Part shown: positions 53,515 to 63,160 of the stretch, in pieces
How the letters are laid out: every line of letters starts with the position of its first letter
Numbering within the stretch: the stretch's first letter is position 1
DNA from: Actinomycetota bacterium
GTDB lineage: Bacteria; Actinomycetota; Acidimicrobiia; Acidimicrobiales; JAMDDE01
Length of the DNA stretch: 64,000 nucleotides
Direction of reading: 5' to 3'
Assembly (NCBI GenBank): GCA_023489235.1
Contig: JAMDDE010000076.1
Coordinates: 45,022-109,021, forward strand
The notes under the pieces: model-generated
The model's database searches: none
Seen by the model: the letters and a program-made list of their open reading frames with translations, nothing else
What the model was told of the DNA's origin: nothing
Program-made: the position numbers and the translations under genes

Positions 53515-56500
53515 TGGCGGGTTCCCGTGAGTACAGTGAAGAACCAATCCAGCAACACTCTATCGCCCCAGCAGCCTCCACATCCAAGTGGAACCTGACG
53601 GCTCTTTCGATAAAACGTCCTGTAACCATCCTCATGGTATTGGGCTTCTTCGTCATAGCTGGCCTAGTTGCCTTTACCAAGCTTCCTGTGCGCAGACTCC
53701 CCAATATCAACTACCCTTATGTCCGAGTAGTCATTGGAGACCCTGGGTCCAATGCCTCCACCATAAGCCAGCAAATAACCACTCCGATAGAGAAAGCCCT
53801 CAGCTCGGAGTCTGGAGTGGTATCCATGGTGGGCACGTCCGCTCCCGGCAGGTCAGAGGTTGCTCTCCAGTTCGTCGGAGGAACCAACATCGACCAAAAG
53901 GCTGCGAGTATTGCTTTGGCCTTGGAGAAGATTGCTCATTCCCTACCCTCTGGGGCAACCCCACCCTCGATCATCAAAGCGAATCCATCTGCTCTGCCGA
54001 TGATGGATGTAGCTATTTATGGACCACTGGCTAGCTCTCAGCTGTATACACTAGCCACTAATCTCGTGGCCCCTACACTTCAAGAGATCTCAGGAGTGGC
54101 TCAAGTAGCCGTGGTAGGAGGGCGCCCTGCAGTGGTCAATATAGACGTTCACTCCTCTGAACTAGCCGCTTACGGCATCTCAATGGCTCAAGTGGATGCA
54201 GCCTTACGTGCTCAAAACACCGCGATAACCGGTGGGCTTACAGTTGTCGGCAACCAGGAGCTACTTGTGCGTACCCATGGAGGGTACTCATCTGTAGCTG
54301 CTCTCCAATCGCTACCCATACTGTCTCGACCGGGTGGAGCCGTTTTGTTGGGAGATGTGGCTACTATTACCCAGGGATTGGCTCAAGAGCAGTCCAACGC
54401 TACCTTGAATGGGAAACCAGCAGTAGGCCTAGTAATAACCGCTTCCTCTACTGCCAATGCCTTGTCGGTGGACAACCAGATTCGACAAGCCCTTAAAGAA
54501 CTGCAACCCCAGCTACCTTCTGGGGTGTCTACCACTATCACCGGTGATGTAACCAACTATGTACGAGCGGCACTGTCCAACGTGGAACTCGACTTGTTCT
54601 TGGGTATATTCATCGCTGCGTTAGTGCTAGCCATATTCCTGCATCGCCTGACCAACACCATCATTGTAATGCTGGCGATTCCCGTATCTCTCATCTCCAC
54701 CTTCGCAGTGATGTACTTCCTCCATTTCAGCTTGGATCTCATCTCTTTGATGGCCTTGTCGCTCCTCATAGGCATCTTGGTAGACGACTCCATAGTGGTA
54801 CTGGAGAACATCCATCGTCATCGAGCCATGGGTAAAGAACCAGGACAAGCAGCTATAGACGGTCGCATGGAGATTGGAGCAGCTGCTGTAGCCATCACTT
54901 TGACAGATGTAGTCGTATATGCTCCCGTAGCATTCGTCAGTGGGAATGTCGGTCAGCTCTTTAGGGAGTTCGGCCTTACTATTGTAGCTGCGACACTCTT
55001 CTCGCTATTGGTTTCCTACACTCTCACTCCAATGTTGGCAGCTAGGTGGTCCAAGCGAATGCCACGGCCTCACTCGCTCACCGCTCGATACGGGGAATGG
55101 TTCGATGGTCTATTCGATCACCTTCGTTCCATCTATCGTCACGTCATATCCTGGAGTTTGCACCACCGCTTATCCGTACTGACCGTAGCAGTAGCTGCCG
55201 CTGTAGTAAGCGTGGTGATCGTTAAATCTGGAGTGATACCAACTACGTTCGTCCCCCCTGAGGACAACGGAGTGCTCAATGTAAACGCCACTTTGCCAAT
55301 AGGCACCCCCCTTGCACAAGCACAATCCACCCTTGCTTCCTTTGCCAAGCGCATCCAGCATCTGCCCGGGGTAAAGCGTGTGTTCGTATCAGCTGGCTAT
55401 CAAGGAGGGGGAGGAGCGGCACACAATCTCGGTCAGCTTACCGTAGACCTTGATCCAAGAGGCAGCCGTCCTCCAATAAAGGACTACATTCACAAAGTTG
55501 ACCTTCTAGCTCAGCACTACCCTGGTCTTATTGCTCACGGACACGTGCAGAACCCCTTCATTGCTTCTGGTGCTCGTGCTGCGTCGATAAATCTTCTTGG
55601 TCCTAATCTAAACACACTGGACGCTCTAGCCAACAAGATAGTTTCCACCTTGGCTCACTCCAATGCAGTAACCCAAGTATCTGCTTCCATTCCTCAACCA
55701 ACTCCAGAGCTATCCGTAAACATCAACCAACCTATGGCAACATATCTTGGTGTAAACACCGCCACCATTGGTTCCACAATTGCTGCAGCCCTTGGAGGAA
55801 CGACCGTCCCTCCCCTGGTAACCTCTCCCAACGCCCCATCGGAACCCATCCAGATAACTTTAGGCAGTGGAAATAAACTCACCCCTGCACAGCTCGATAA
55901 CATTCCCATACCTACTAGCCACGGTGCAGTTCCACTATCTACCGTTGCCACCTTGAGTGAAGCGCCTGGTCCAGCAAAGATAACTCAGATCAATCGTGAG
56001 TACGCGGTGTCCATCTCTGCATCGAGTCCCACGGGCAACTCTGGACCGGCAACCACTGCTCTCGTTGATGCAGCACACCAAGTTGGTTTGCCCACTGGCT
56101 ATGCCCTCTCGATAGCAGGACAGTCAAAGGCGCAATCCACTGCATTCGGTCCTCTGATAGAAGCTCTAGGACTATCCATAGTGCTCGTCTACATGCTCAT
56201 GGCGGCATTGTACGAGTCCTTGTTGGATCCGCTGGCAGTCTTATTTGCAGTTCCTCTAGCCACGGTTGGTGCTTTGGTTGCTCTATGGCTCTCTGGACTG
56301 CCTCTTTCCATCTTCGCTCTTTTAGCAATGATCATGTTGATGGGTCTGGTCTCCAAGAACTCCATCCTGATCGTCGACTACACCAAAACACTCCGCAAGA
56401 GAGGTCTTAACCGAGATGCAGCGATAGTGGAGGCAGGAGCTACAAGAATACGTCCCATACTAATGACTACAGCCACGATGGTTGGAGCAATGCTTCCACT

Positions 56501-56699
56501 TGCTCTCAGCCACGGTTCAGGAGCATCAGAACGAATGCCCATAGGCACCGTGCTCATAGGTGGTCTTCTCTCCTCCACCTTGCTTACCTTGTTGGTGGTA
56601 CCTGTCTTCTACAGCTTGATCGACGATGGGGTGGCTCTAGCCCATCGACTGCTGCACAGAGGTCGTATCAAGGACGACACCGAATTGATCAACACATGA
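53514..56699 (+). CDS. RND efflux permease (AcrB/HAE family)
   Basis: 1061 aa with the internally duplicated 12-TM organisation. Shows SLLIGILVDDSIVVLENI and MLMGLVSKNSILIVDY motifs. Confidence 0.92.
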   Translation: MAGSREYSEEPIQQHSIAPAASTSKWNLTALSIKRPVTILMVLGFFVIAGLVAFTKLPVRRLPNINYPYVRVVIGDPGSNASTISQQITTPIEKALSSESGVVSMVGTSAPGRSEVALQFVGGTNIDQKAASIALALEKIAHSLPSGATPPSIIKANPSALPMMDVAIYGPLASSQLYTLATNLVAPTLQEISGVAQVAVVGGRPAVVNIDVHSSELAAYGISMAQVDAALRAQNTAITGGLTVVGNQELLVRTHGGYSSVAALQSLPILSRPGGAVLLGDVATITQGLAQEQSNATLNGKPAVGLVITASSTANALSVDNQIRQALKELQPQLPSGVSTTITGDVTNYVRAALSNVELDLFLGIFIAALVLAIFLHRLTNTIIVMLAIPVSLISTFAVMYFLHFSLDLISLMALSLLIGILVDDSIVVLENIHRHRAMGKEPGQAAIDGRMEIGAAAVAITLTDVVVYAPVAFVSGNVGQLFREFGLTIVAATLFSLLVSYTLTPMLAARWSKRMPRPHSLTARYGEWFDGLFDHLRSIYRHVISWSLHHRLSVLTVAVAAAVVSVVIVKSGVIPTTFVPPEDNGVLNVNATLPIGTPLAQAQSTLASFAKRIQHLPGVKRVFVSAGYQGGGGAAHNLGQLTVDLDPRGSRPPIKDYIHKVDLLAQHYPGLIAHGHVQNPFIASGARAASINLLGPNLNTLDALANKIVSTLAHSNAVTQVSASIPQPTPELSVNINQPMATYLGVNTATIGSTIAAALGGTTVPPLVTSPNAPSEPIQITLGSGNKLTPAQLDNIPIPTSHGAVPLSTVATLSEAPGPAKITQINREYAVSISASSPTGNSGPATTALVDAAHQVGLPTGYALSIAGQSKAQSTAFGPLIEALGLSIVLVYMLMAALYESLLDPLAVLFAVPLATVGALVALWLSGLPLSIFALLAMIMLMGLVSKNSILIVDYTKTLRKRGLNRDAAIVEAGATRIRPILMTTATMVGAMLPLALSHGSGASERMPIGTVLIGGLLSSTLLTLLVVPVFYSLIDDGVALAHRLLHRGRIKDDTELINT

Positions 56700-56785
56700 A
56701 TGAATCGGATGAGTGAGTTGGAATGCCACAAGGAGGACTGAACCAGAGATCAGGTGAGTTGAAGGATGGAGGCCAATGAAGATCA

Positions 56786-57319
56786 ATGAAGGAGTATCCC
56801 GCAATGAGCCGTGTTACAGATGAGAACCCCGTAGAGACTCAACTGAAGAGAACGACTATCTTAACACCATGGACTGGCATCAAGAGTATCAAGAGTATTG
56901 AAAGGAGAGGCCATCCAGGGAAGGGACGAACTCTAGCCGTAGCCATATCACTCAGCTCCCTCTCCTTCTTGGCCGTGGCCTGTGGCTCATCGACTACTTC
57001 TGCCTCTACACTTACCAAACAGTCGACCCCTTCTGTGTCATCCGCTACCAAGCACAAGAGGTCGCTCAAGCATGCCGAACACAAGAAACATCCTGTACTG
57101 CTTGGCACAGTGACGACAGTTGGACCTACTAGTTTATCGATCCTTCAGAAGAACGGCACTAGGAGAACCGTTACCCTAGAGTCATCCACCGTCTACAAGA
57201 AGTCAGGAGCCAAGGTCAACCAATCCTCGCTGACCACCGGAGAACGAGTAAGGGTGCGTTTAGGTACGGGTACCTCGTCAGATGTGGCCAAAATCGTGAA
57301 CATCCTACCTTCTAGTTGA
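56786..57319 (+). CDS. Putative lipoprotein of unknown function
   Basis: Lipobox-like LAVAC-GSS follows a hydrophobic stretch, and the C-terminal region is beta-rich. The start codon is uncertain. Confidence 0.5.
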   Translation: MKEYPAMSRVTDENPVETQLKRTTILTPWTGIKSIKSIERRGHPGKGRTLAVAISLSSLSFLAVACGSSTTSASTLTKQSTPSVSSATKHKRSLKHAEHKKHPVLLGTVTTVGPTSLSILQKNGTRRTVTLESSTVYKKSGAKVNQSSLTTGERVRVRLGTGTSSDVAKIVNILPSS

Positions 57320-57327
57320 GGTCCGAA

Positions 57328-59019
57328 ATGTACAGAACCACCCTGAAACGATTGCTTCGTATCGGGCAGTCCAAAGCAGTTCGCTTTGGACTACCTCTCC
57401 TGTTGCTCGCTGCTGGACTATTAGTTTCATCCTCAATCCTGATCGCCACATCAAACATTGCCTATGCCCAATCCTCATCATGCCCATCTAGTTACTTCAC
57501 CGTGGAAGCTGTCCCAGGGACAACTCCACAGACAGCCAAGTTGGGCACAGCATTCGGAACTCCTCTCTCGGTATCGGTCATGGAAACAACTTACAGTTCC
57601 AGTTCCAGCTCCAGCTGCACAACTACTATCTCGGGAGTGCCCGGGGTAGTAGTCACCTATGCGGCACCAACCACCGGAGCATCCGGCAGCTTCTCCAACA
57701 CCTCAACCGGTACCACAACCGTGGCAACCAACTCCAACGGAATAGCCACCCCTCCTTCTTTCATCGCCAACGACCAAGCAGGTAGTTATGTGGTCACTGC
57801 CGTGACCTCCTATGGAACGGCATCCTTCGAACTGACCAATACAGCTGTGGGCATCCCTGCCAGTATCACTGCTGTAGCCGGCAGTGATCAATCAACTACA
57901 GTAGGCACTAGCTTTGCTGAGCAGTTGCAAGCGCAGGTGCTGGACGCCAACGGCGATCCAGTGAGTGGGGTCACTGTTACCTTCACTGCACCAGGTGGAG
58001 GGCTCCCAAGCGGAACCTTTACTAGCGGAGGAACCTCCACTCAAGCTACGACTAACGAAGAAGGCATAGCGATAGCCCTGCCCTTTACGGCCAACCTAAG
58101 TGCAGGTACCTACAACGTCTATGCAAATGTCTCTGGACTGAGCACTAGCGCCGTGTTCTCCCTGACCAATCTTCCTTCTACCCCCTCCTCGATGTCGGTG
58201 GTGTCCGGCAATTCTCAGTCAGCCATCGTCACGCAAAGCTTCTCGGAGGCACTGGCAGTATTGGTTACTGACCAATACCACAATCCAGTCCCGGGAGTTA
58301 CCGTAACCTTCAATGCCCCAACCACAGGGCCTAGTGGGTATTTCAACGGAGGTGCAGCGGTGGTACAAGAGACCACGAATACTAATGGAATTGCAGAACC
58401 TCCCTCGTTCACAGCAAATGGTCAAGCGGGTGGACCTTACTACGTCACAGCTACCCTTCCTGGCATCAACCCGGTCCAGTTTGCCTTGACCAACCTTCCT
58501 CCAAGTGCTTATTGGACAGCAGCCACGAACGGTAGCGTGTCCAACTTCGGGAATGCTTCCTACTTCGGTTCGGCCTACGGCTTGACCGGTGGCTCCCCCG
58601 TGGTGTCCATGGCTGCCACCCCGAATGGGCAAGGTTACTGGTTGACTACCGCCAACGGCTCGGTCTTCGGCTTCGGGAATGCTTCCTACTTCGGTTCGGC
58701 CTACGGCTTGACCGGTGGCTCCCCCGTGGTGTCCATGGCTGCCACCCCGAATGGGCAAGGTTACTGGTTGACTACCGCCAACGGCTCGGTCTTCGGCTTC
58801 GGGAATGCTTCCTACTTCGGTTCGGCCTACGGCTCACTTCTACCTGGCAACACTGTAGTCTCCCTGGCACCTGCCCCAGGTGGAGATGGATACTGGATAG
58901 CTGGTTCCGAAGGACAGGTCTTTGCCTTCGGAGATGCACAGTTCTCAGGAGCTACACTCGACATACCCTCTGATAACCCTACTGCAGCTATAGTTTCAGT
59001 CCGGCAACCGCCCACTTAG
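57328..59019 (+). CDS. Secreted protein: signal peptide + about four Ig-like (invasin/intimin Big_1-like) domains + C-terminal 42-aa propeller-blade-like repeats
   Basis: Signal peptide [25 protein letters not shown]. Repeated TxVxGxxQSxxVGxxFxxxLxVxVxDxxGNPVxGVTVTF units. C-terminal repeats [25 protein letters not shown]. The track start is TTG at 57316. Confidence 0.75.
   Translation: MYRTTLKRLLRIGQSKAVRFGLPLLLLAAGLLVSSSILIATSNIAYAQSSSCPSSYFTVEAVPGTTPQTAKLGTAFGTPLSVSVMETTYSSSSSSSCTTTISGVPGVVVTYAAPTTGASGSFSNTSTGTTTVATNSNGIATPPSFIANDQAGSYVVTAVTSYGTASFELTNTAVGIPASITAVAGSDQSTTVGTSFAEQLQAQVLDANGDPVSGVTVTFTAPGGGLPSGTFTSGGTSTQATTNEEGIAIALPFTANLSAGTYNVYANVSGLSTSAVFSLTNLPSTPSSMSVVSGNSQSAIVTQSFSEALAVLVTDQYHNPVPGVTVTFNAPTTGPSGYFNGGAAVVQETTNTNGIAEPPSFTANGQAGGPYYVTATLPGINPVQFALTNLPPSAYWTAATNGSVSNFGNASYFGSAYGLTGGSPVVSMAATPNGQGYWLTTANGSVFGFGNASYFGSAYGLTGGSPVVSMAATPNGQGYWLTTANGSVFGFGNASYFGSAYGSLLPGNTVVSLAPAPGGDGYWIAGSEGQVFAFGDAQFSGATLDIPSDNPTAAIVSVRQPPT
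58549..58833 (+). repeat. Perfect 126-bp in-frame tandem repeat (2.26 copies) inside the secreted-protein gene
   Basis: 58549-58674 and 58675-58800 are identical base for base on my own comparison. A third copy starts at 58801 and stays identical for about 33 nt. Confidence 0.95.
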
Positions 59020-60246
59020 ATAATCATCATATGCAGCCAGGTCAAGCAAGCCATGTCCAGAGTAATCAAACAATATTACTTTTTCTACTCCCTCCTCCTT
59101 AGCGGCTAGAGCTTCATCTATAACCGCACGAATTGCATGACCCGTCTCCGGTGCACACACCGTTCCTTGAGTCCTGGCAAACTGGACTGCTGCTTCAAAT
59201 ACCTTGCCTTGTGGGTATGCTATAGCTTCCATCCGTCCTTGCTTGACTAGATGAGAGATGATAGGGGCATCGCCATGGTATCGTAGGCCCCCAGCGTGGA
59301 TAGAAGGGGGAACGAAATCGTGACCTAGCGTATACATGGACAGCAATGGAGTAAGTCCTGCTACATCACCATAATCGTATTCAAATTTCCCCCTGGTGAG
59401 CGTTGGGCAGGAAGTGGGCTCGACTGCCACTAGTCTTACATCTTCGTCGGGAACGAACGGCAGAGCAATGCCACCGAGATTAGATCCACCGCCACAGGCA
59501 GCCAAGACAACGTCAGGACCATCTTCCCCTGCTAGTTTGAGCTGTTCTTTGGCTTCCAGTCCGATAACTGTTTGGTGAAGTAATACATGATTGAGAACCG
59601 AGCCCAAAGAGTAGTGAGTATCAGAACGGCTAGCGGCGTCACGAACAGCATCGCTTATAGCCGTACCCAGTGATCCAGGATGATCTGGTTGATCAACAGG
59701 CGAGGGCTCAACAGATCCACCCCATGTCTCCATAAGTACTCTCCGGTAAGGCTTCTGCTGAAATGAAGCCCGTACCATGTAGACCTTGACCTCCAGGTCG
59801 AACAGTGCTCCAGCAAAGCAAAGGGCACTCCCCCACTGCCCTGCACCGGTCTCAGTGCTCAACCTCCGCACTCCCTCTATCTTGTTGTAATATGCTTGCG
59901 GCACGGCAGTATTGGGTTTGTGAGAACCTGCCGGAGAGACGGATTCGTCTTTGTAGTAGATACGTGCTGGAGTATGAAGGGCCTCCTCCAGTCGACGAGC
60001 TCGAACGAGAGGGGTCGGTCGCCACAGTCGCAGAGCGTCAACTACTTGACCCGGAATATCCACCCACGGCTCCTGGGACATCTCTTGTTCGATCAGCGCA
60101 GTGGGAAAGAGTGGAGCAAGGTCTTCTGGGGTAACCGGTTGGCGAGTAGCCGGATGCAAAGGCGGGTCGAGGGGGACAGAGAGCCTAGGGAGCACATTAA
60201 ACCAGGCATCAGGAAGGCTCTTTTCGTCTAGGTACCACCGGTTCAC
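58996..60246 (-). CDS. TrpB-like PLP-dependent enzyme (tryptophan synthase beta, TrpB2 type)
   Basis: The N-terminus [17 protein letters not shown], the PLP-Lys region GSHKPNTA, and GGGSNLGG. Confidence 0.85.
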   Translation of the reverse strand: MNRWYLDEKSLPDAWFNVLPRLSVPLDPPLHPATRQPVTPEDLAPLFPTALIEQEMSQEPWVDIPGQVVDALRLWRPTPLVRARRLEEALHTPARIYYKDESVSPAGSHKPNTAVPQAYYNKIEGVRRLSTETGAGQWGSALCFAGALFDLEVKVYMVRASFQQKPYRRVLMETWGGSVEPSPVDQPDHPGSLGTAISDAVRDAASRSDTHYSLGSVLNHVLLHQTVIGLEAKEQLKLAGEDGPDVVLAACGGGSNLGGIALPFVPDEDVRLVAVEPTSCPTLTRGKFEYDYGDVAGLTPLLSMYTLGHDFVPPSIHAGGLRYHGDAPIISHLVKQGRMEAIAYPQGKVFEAAVQFARTQGTVCAPETGHAIRAVIDEALAAKEEGVEKVILFDYSGHGLLDLAAYDDYLSGRLPD

Positions 60247-60303
60247 TTGGCAACCTCCTTGGTCAACTGCTTGTTGGTATCCGATTAGTATTAATATTCA
60301 CGC

Positions 60304-60903
60304 CTAACTACCGAGCATCTCGCTGAGTCGATCCGCAAGAGCCTTGAATGCCAAACCTCGATGCGAGATCGAATTCTTTTGTTCCACGCTCATCTCCGCA
60401 AAAGTAAGTCCGCCCCCTCCGTTGGGTAGAAATACTGGATCATACCCAAATCCACCATTACCCTTAGGTATCCTGGTGATCATACCACTCACTACTCCTT
60501 CAGCAAGAAGCTCAGTGTCATCAGGAAACGCCAGGAGAGCAACCGTACGGAACCGAGCGCGACGATCATCCACTTGATCAAGTTCCCTGAGCAGCTTTGC
60601 CACATTATCAGCGTAACTGGCATGTTCGCCAGCGTACCTGGATGAACGAACTCCTGGAGCACCCTCTAAGGCAAATACCTCTAATCCAGTGTCATCTGCC
60701 AAAGCAGCTTTACCTGTGGCATCGACCAATGCCCTTGCCTTAAGACGAGCATTCTCCTCGAGAGTTGATCCCGTCTCCTCTACCTCAGGTACATGCCCAG
60801 GACGGTCAAGAAGTTCCACTGGCAAGGAGACCTGTTGGAATACCTTCGTAATCTCTGCCACCTTGTCTCTGTTGGCAGTAGCTAATACAATTGTAAGTAT
60901 CAT
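60304..60903 (-). CDS. rdgB: Non-canonical purine NTP pyrophosphatase RdgB/HAM1
   Basis: VLATANRDKVAEI, DDTGLEV and FGYDPVF. ATG at 60903 is preferred over the track GTG at 60930, which lies in an AT-rich stretch. Confidence 0.88.
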   Translation of the reverse strand: MILTIVLATANRDKVAEITKVFQQVSLPVELLDRPGHVPEVEETGSTLEENARLKARALVDATGKAALADDTGLEVFALEGAPGVRSSRYAGEHASYADNVAKLLRELDQVDDRRARFRTVALLAFPDDTELLAEGVVSGMITRIPKGNGGFGYDPVFLPNGGGGLTFAEMSVEQKNSISHRGLAFKALADRLSEMLGS

Positions 60904-61085
60904 ATTTATATATTTGTATATATGATTCACAGTACCTTATGATAGTGAAATCAATCACCTTAGATCTGTAAATTCTGTATTGGGGCTTGTATTCGAGATA
61001 GCCTTGATTTGGTTCGAGCCGACTACCGCATCCCTTAAGCCTCTGGACCTCTCCTTTGCAGCAGGAGGGAGATCAGCCACGTCTA

Positions 61086-61826
61086 TCATCGTTGCACAGG
61101 AGGGTTGGACAAGGTCGCCTCTTCGATCTGCAGCAACTCACCAACCCCTTTTTCTGCAAGCACAAGGAGTTGGTCTAGTTCCTGATGAGAAAAGGGTTTT
61201 CCCTCGGCAGTTCCCTGGATCTCTATGAAGCGTCCCGAGGATGTCATCACCACGTTCATGTCAACTTCAGCACGGGAATCCTCACCGTAATCAAGATCCA
61301 GCATCGGCATGTCGTCCACTATTCCTACCGATACTGCTGCAGCCGCTTCCTGAAGAGGGTTAGAGGGGATGAGACCACGTCCAATCATCCTGGTGAAACA
61401 GTCGTGCAGTGCAATGTATGCACCACAGATTGAAGCAGTCCGAGTTCCTCCATCGGCTTGTAAAACATCGCAATCCACTACTACCTGCAGTTCGCCCATG
61501 ACAGATAGATCACAGACGGAACGAAGTGCTCTTCCAATTAGCCGTTGAATCTCCTGCGTTCTACCTGACTGCCTGCCTCGAGTCGCTTCCCTATCAGTGC
61601 GTTCAACTGTCGAGCCAGGCAACAGCGAGTATTCAGCAGTTACCCACCCCTTCCCGCTTCCTTTAAGCCATGGGGGGACTTGCTCTTTCAGCGAAGCGGT
61701 ACACAAGACCTTGGTCTTTCCCATCACCACCAGAACCGAACCGTCAGCAAACTCTGTAAAGTCTCTTTCGTAGCTCGTTGGTCGTAGTTCATCCAGAGCT
61801 CGACCGTCGCTACGTACCATCTTCAT
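61086..61826 (-). CDS. rph: Ribonuclease PH
   Basis: VRSDGRALDELRP, TAEYSLLPGST and DCDVLQADGGTRTASI. The start ATG at 61826 is 2 nt after the upstream stop. The track start is TTG at 61838. Confidence 0.92.
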   Translation of the reverse strand: MKMVRSDGRALDELRPTSYERDFTEFADGSVLVVMGKTKVLCTASLKEQVPPWLKGSGKGWVTAEYSLLPGSTVERTDREATRGRQSGRTQEIQRLIGRALRSVCDLSVMGELQVVVDCDVLQADGGTRTASICGAYIALHDCFTRMIGRGLIPSNPLQEAAAAVSVGIVDDMPMLDLDYGEDSRAEVDMNVVMTSSGRFIEIQGTAEGKPFSHQELDQLLVLAEKGVGELLQIEEATLSNPPVQR

Positions 61827-61828
61827 GT

Positions 61829-62551
61829 TTATACCCAAAAGATCGCTCCTTGTTCTGCAATTTCCACCTGGGAACCGTAAGCCTCATTTGCCTGTGCCTG
61901 GATGTCTTCGACCGATAGCGTAGGCCAGATATGTGTTAACACCAAGCGACCTATCCCCGCTGATCGTGCCATCTCCCCTGCTTGTCTAGCACTCATATGG
62001 CCAATCCCATCCCGTTCGTATCGAGCAGTAAATGTAGCCTCGCATAGAGCCATATCCAGACCCTCCCCCAAAGCTTCCAAGGACCAGGCGGGACCAGTGT
62101 CTGCTGAATAGCCCAGTGATCTCCCTCCAGCATCTATCCGTATCGCCAAGGTCTTAGGCTTGTGATCGGTACGACTGAAGCTTACAACCATGTCAAATAC
62201 CTCAATACGGTCACCATCATCCACCTCTGTCCACGACAGTGCCCCGTTCTCCCGGTGATAGCATCGTTCCCTCACCCCAAAAGGGGCGTATACTGCTACA
62301 TTGCTCCTGCCTAAGCCATATCTGGCTAGTACGGCATAACCATCCAAGTCGGAACAGTGATCAGGGTGCTCGTGACTGATTACTATTGCATCCACCGCAC
62401 CGGGATCAGAGTACAGTTGTAAATTCGCTAAACTGCCCGGCCCAGCTTCTACCCATATAGTGGTAGGACCATCACTGAGCAAATAGCCACTACAAGAACC
62501 ACCAGGGCCAGGATAACCACCATCTCGTCCGAGAACTCGGAGACTCAGCAT
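61829..62551 (-). CDS. MBL-fold metallo-hydrolase
   Basis: VISHEHPDHCSD is the HxHxDH motif. The internal ATG at 62551 avoids overlap with the divergent gene. The track ORF extends to 62767. Confidence 0.8.
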   Translation of the reverse strand: MLSLRVLGRDGGYPGPGGSCSGYLLSDGPTTIWVEAGPGSLANLQLYSDPGAVDAIVISHEHPDHCSDLDGYAVLARYGLGRSNVAVYAPFGVRERCYHRENGALSWTEVDDGDRIEVFDMVVSFSRTDHKPKTLAIRIDAGGRSLGYSADTGPAWSLEALGEGLDMALCEATFTARYERDGIGHMSARQAGEMARSAGIGRLVLTHIWPTLSVEDIQAQANEAYGSQVEIAEQGAIFWV

Positions 62552-62584
62552 GCGCAGTCGTTGGTTTCTTTGTAAACTTGCTCC

Positions 62585-63001
62585 ATGGCACCACTGCTCA
62601 GCGACACATCTAAAGCCCTTCTTTCCAAGCCTGTATTCGCAAACATTGCTACTGTAAACGATAGATGCGAGCCGCAGCTCACGCCAGTGTGGATAGACTT
62701 CGAAGGAGATGACATCCTGTTCAACACTGCAGAGGGTCGCACCAAGGCTGTCAACCTTCGCAAACATCCCGATCTTGCTATATCAGTAGTAGATCCTGCT
62801 GATCCGTACAACTCAGTATTGATAGTAAGAGGCAAGGCAATTGAGATCACCGAGGAAGGCGCAGATGAGCACATAGATGCTCTGGCCCAGAAGTATCTAG
62901 GGAGAACCCCATACCCTTTCAGGCAGCCGGGTGAGAAACGCCTCAAGGTAAGGGTTCGTATCGAGAGGGTGGTGTCCGAACCTTCTCCGCCTTCATCATA
63001 G
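62585..63001 (+). CDS. PPOX-class (pyridoxamine 5'-phosphate oxidase-like) probable F420-dependent protein
   Basis: 138 aa with LLSKPVFANIATVNDRCEPQLTPVWIDFEGDDILFNT..RKHPDLAISVVDP, the split-barrel family pattern. Confidence 0.62.
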   Translation: MAPLLSDTSKALLSKPVFANIATVNDRCEPQLTPVWIDFEGDDILFNTAEGRTKAVNLRKHPDLAISVVDPADPYNSVLIVRGKAIEITEEGADEHIDALAQKYLGRTPYPFRQPGEKRLKVRVRIERVVSEPSPPSS

Positions 63002-63039
63002 CTTGGGCCATCATCTTATCTTGAGCCAGATGATTCCAC

Positions 63040-63160
63040 CTATACTGTTCCATCACTCATCCACTGTGAGTTGGTGAGTGAACCTCCCCGCCCTTACGGA
63101 CGGGTCTTCTACCCATCCGCTCGGTTGGTAGTTACTTGACATCGCCGTCCTCACGCCACC
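63040..63160 (-). ncRNA. Candidate TnpB omega-RNA (reRNA) scaffold / IS right-end region
   Basis: Lies immediately 3' of the tnpB stop on the minus strand. It has a 7-bp stem capped by a GTAA (GNRA) tetraloop (63086-63104), plus CTACC..GGTAG and CACTCA..TGAGTG helices. Boundaries were not determined. Confidence 0.35.

Noticed and set aside
58549-58833. Regular repeats that might be taken for a CRISPR array.
   Set aside because: The period is 126 bp with no unique spacers. The repeats are in frame inside a long CDS and encode a protein repeat. No cas genes are present in the window.
60990-61030. GGTTCGAGCC, a T-loop-like string suggesting a tRNA.
   Set aside because: The flanking bases do not form a T-stem, an acceptor stem or an anticodon arm on either strand.
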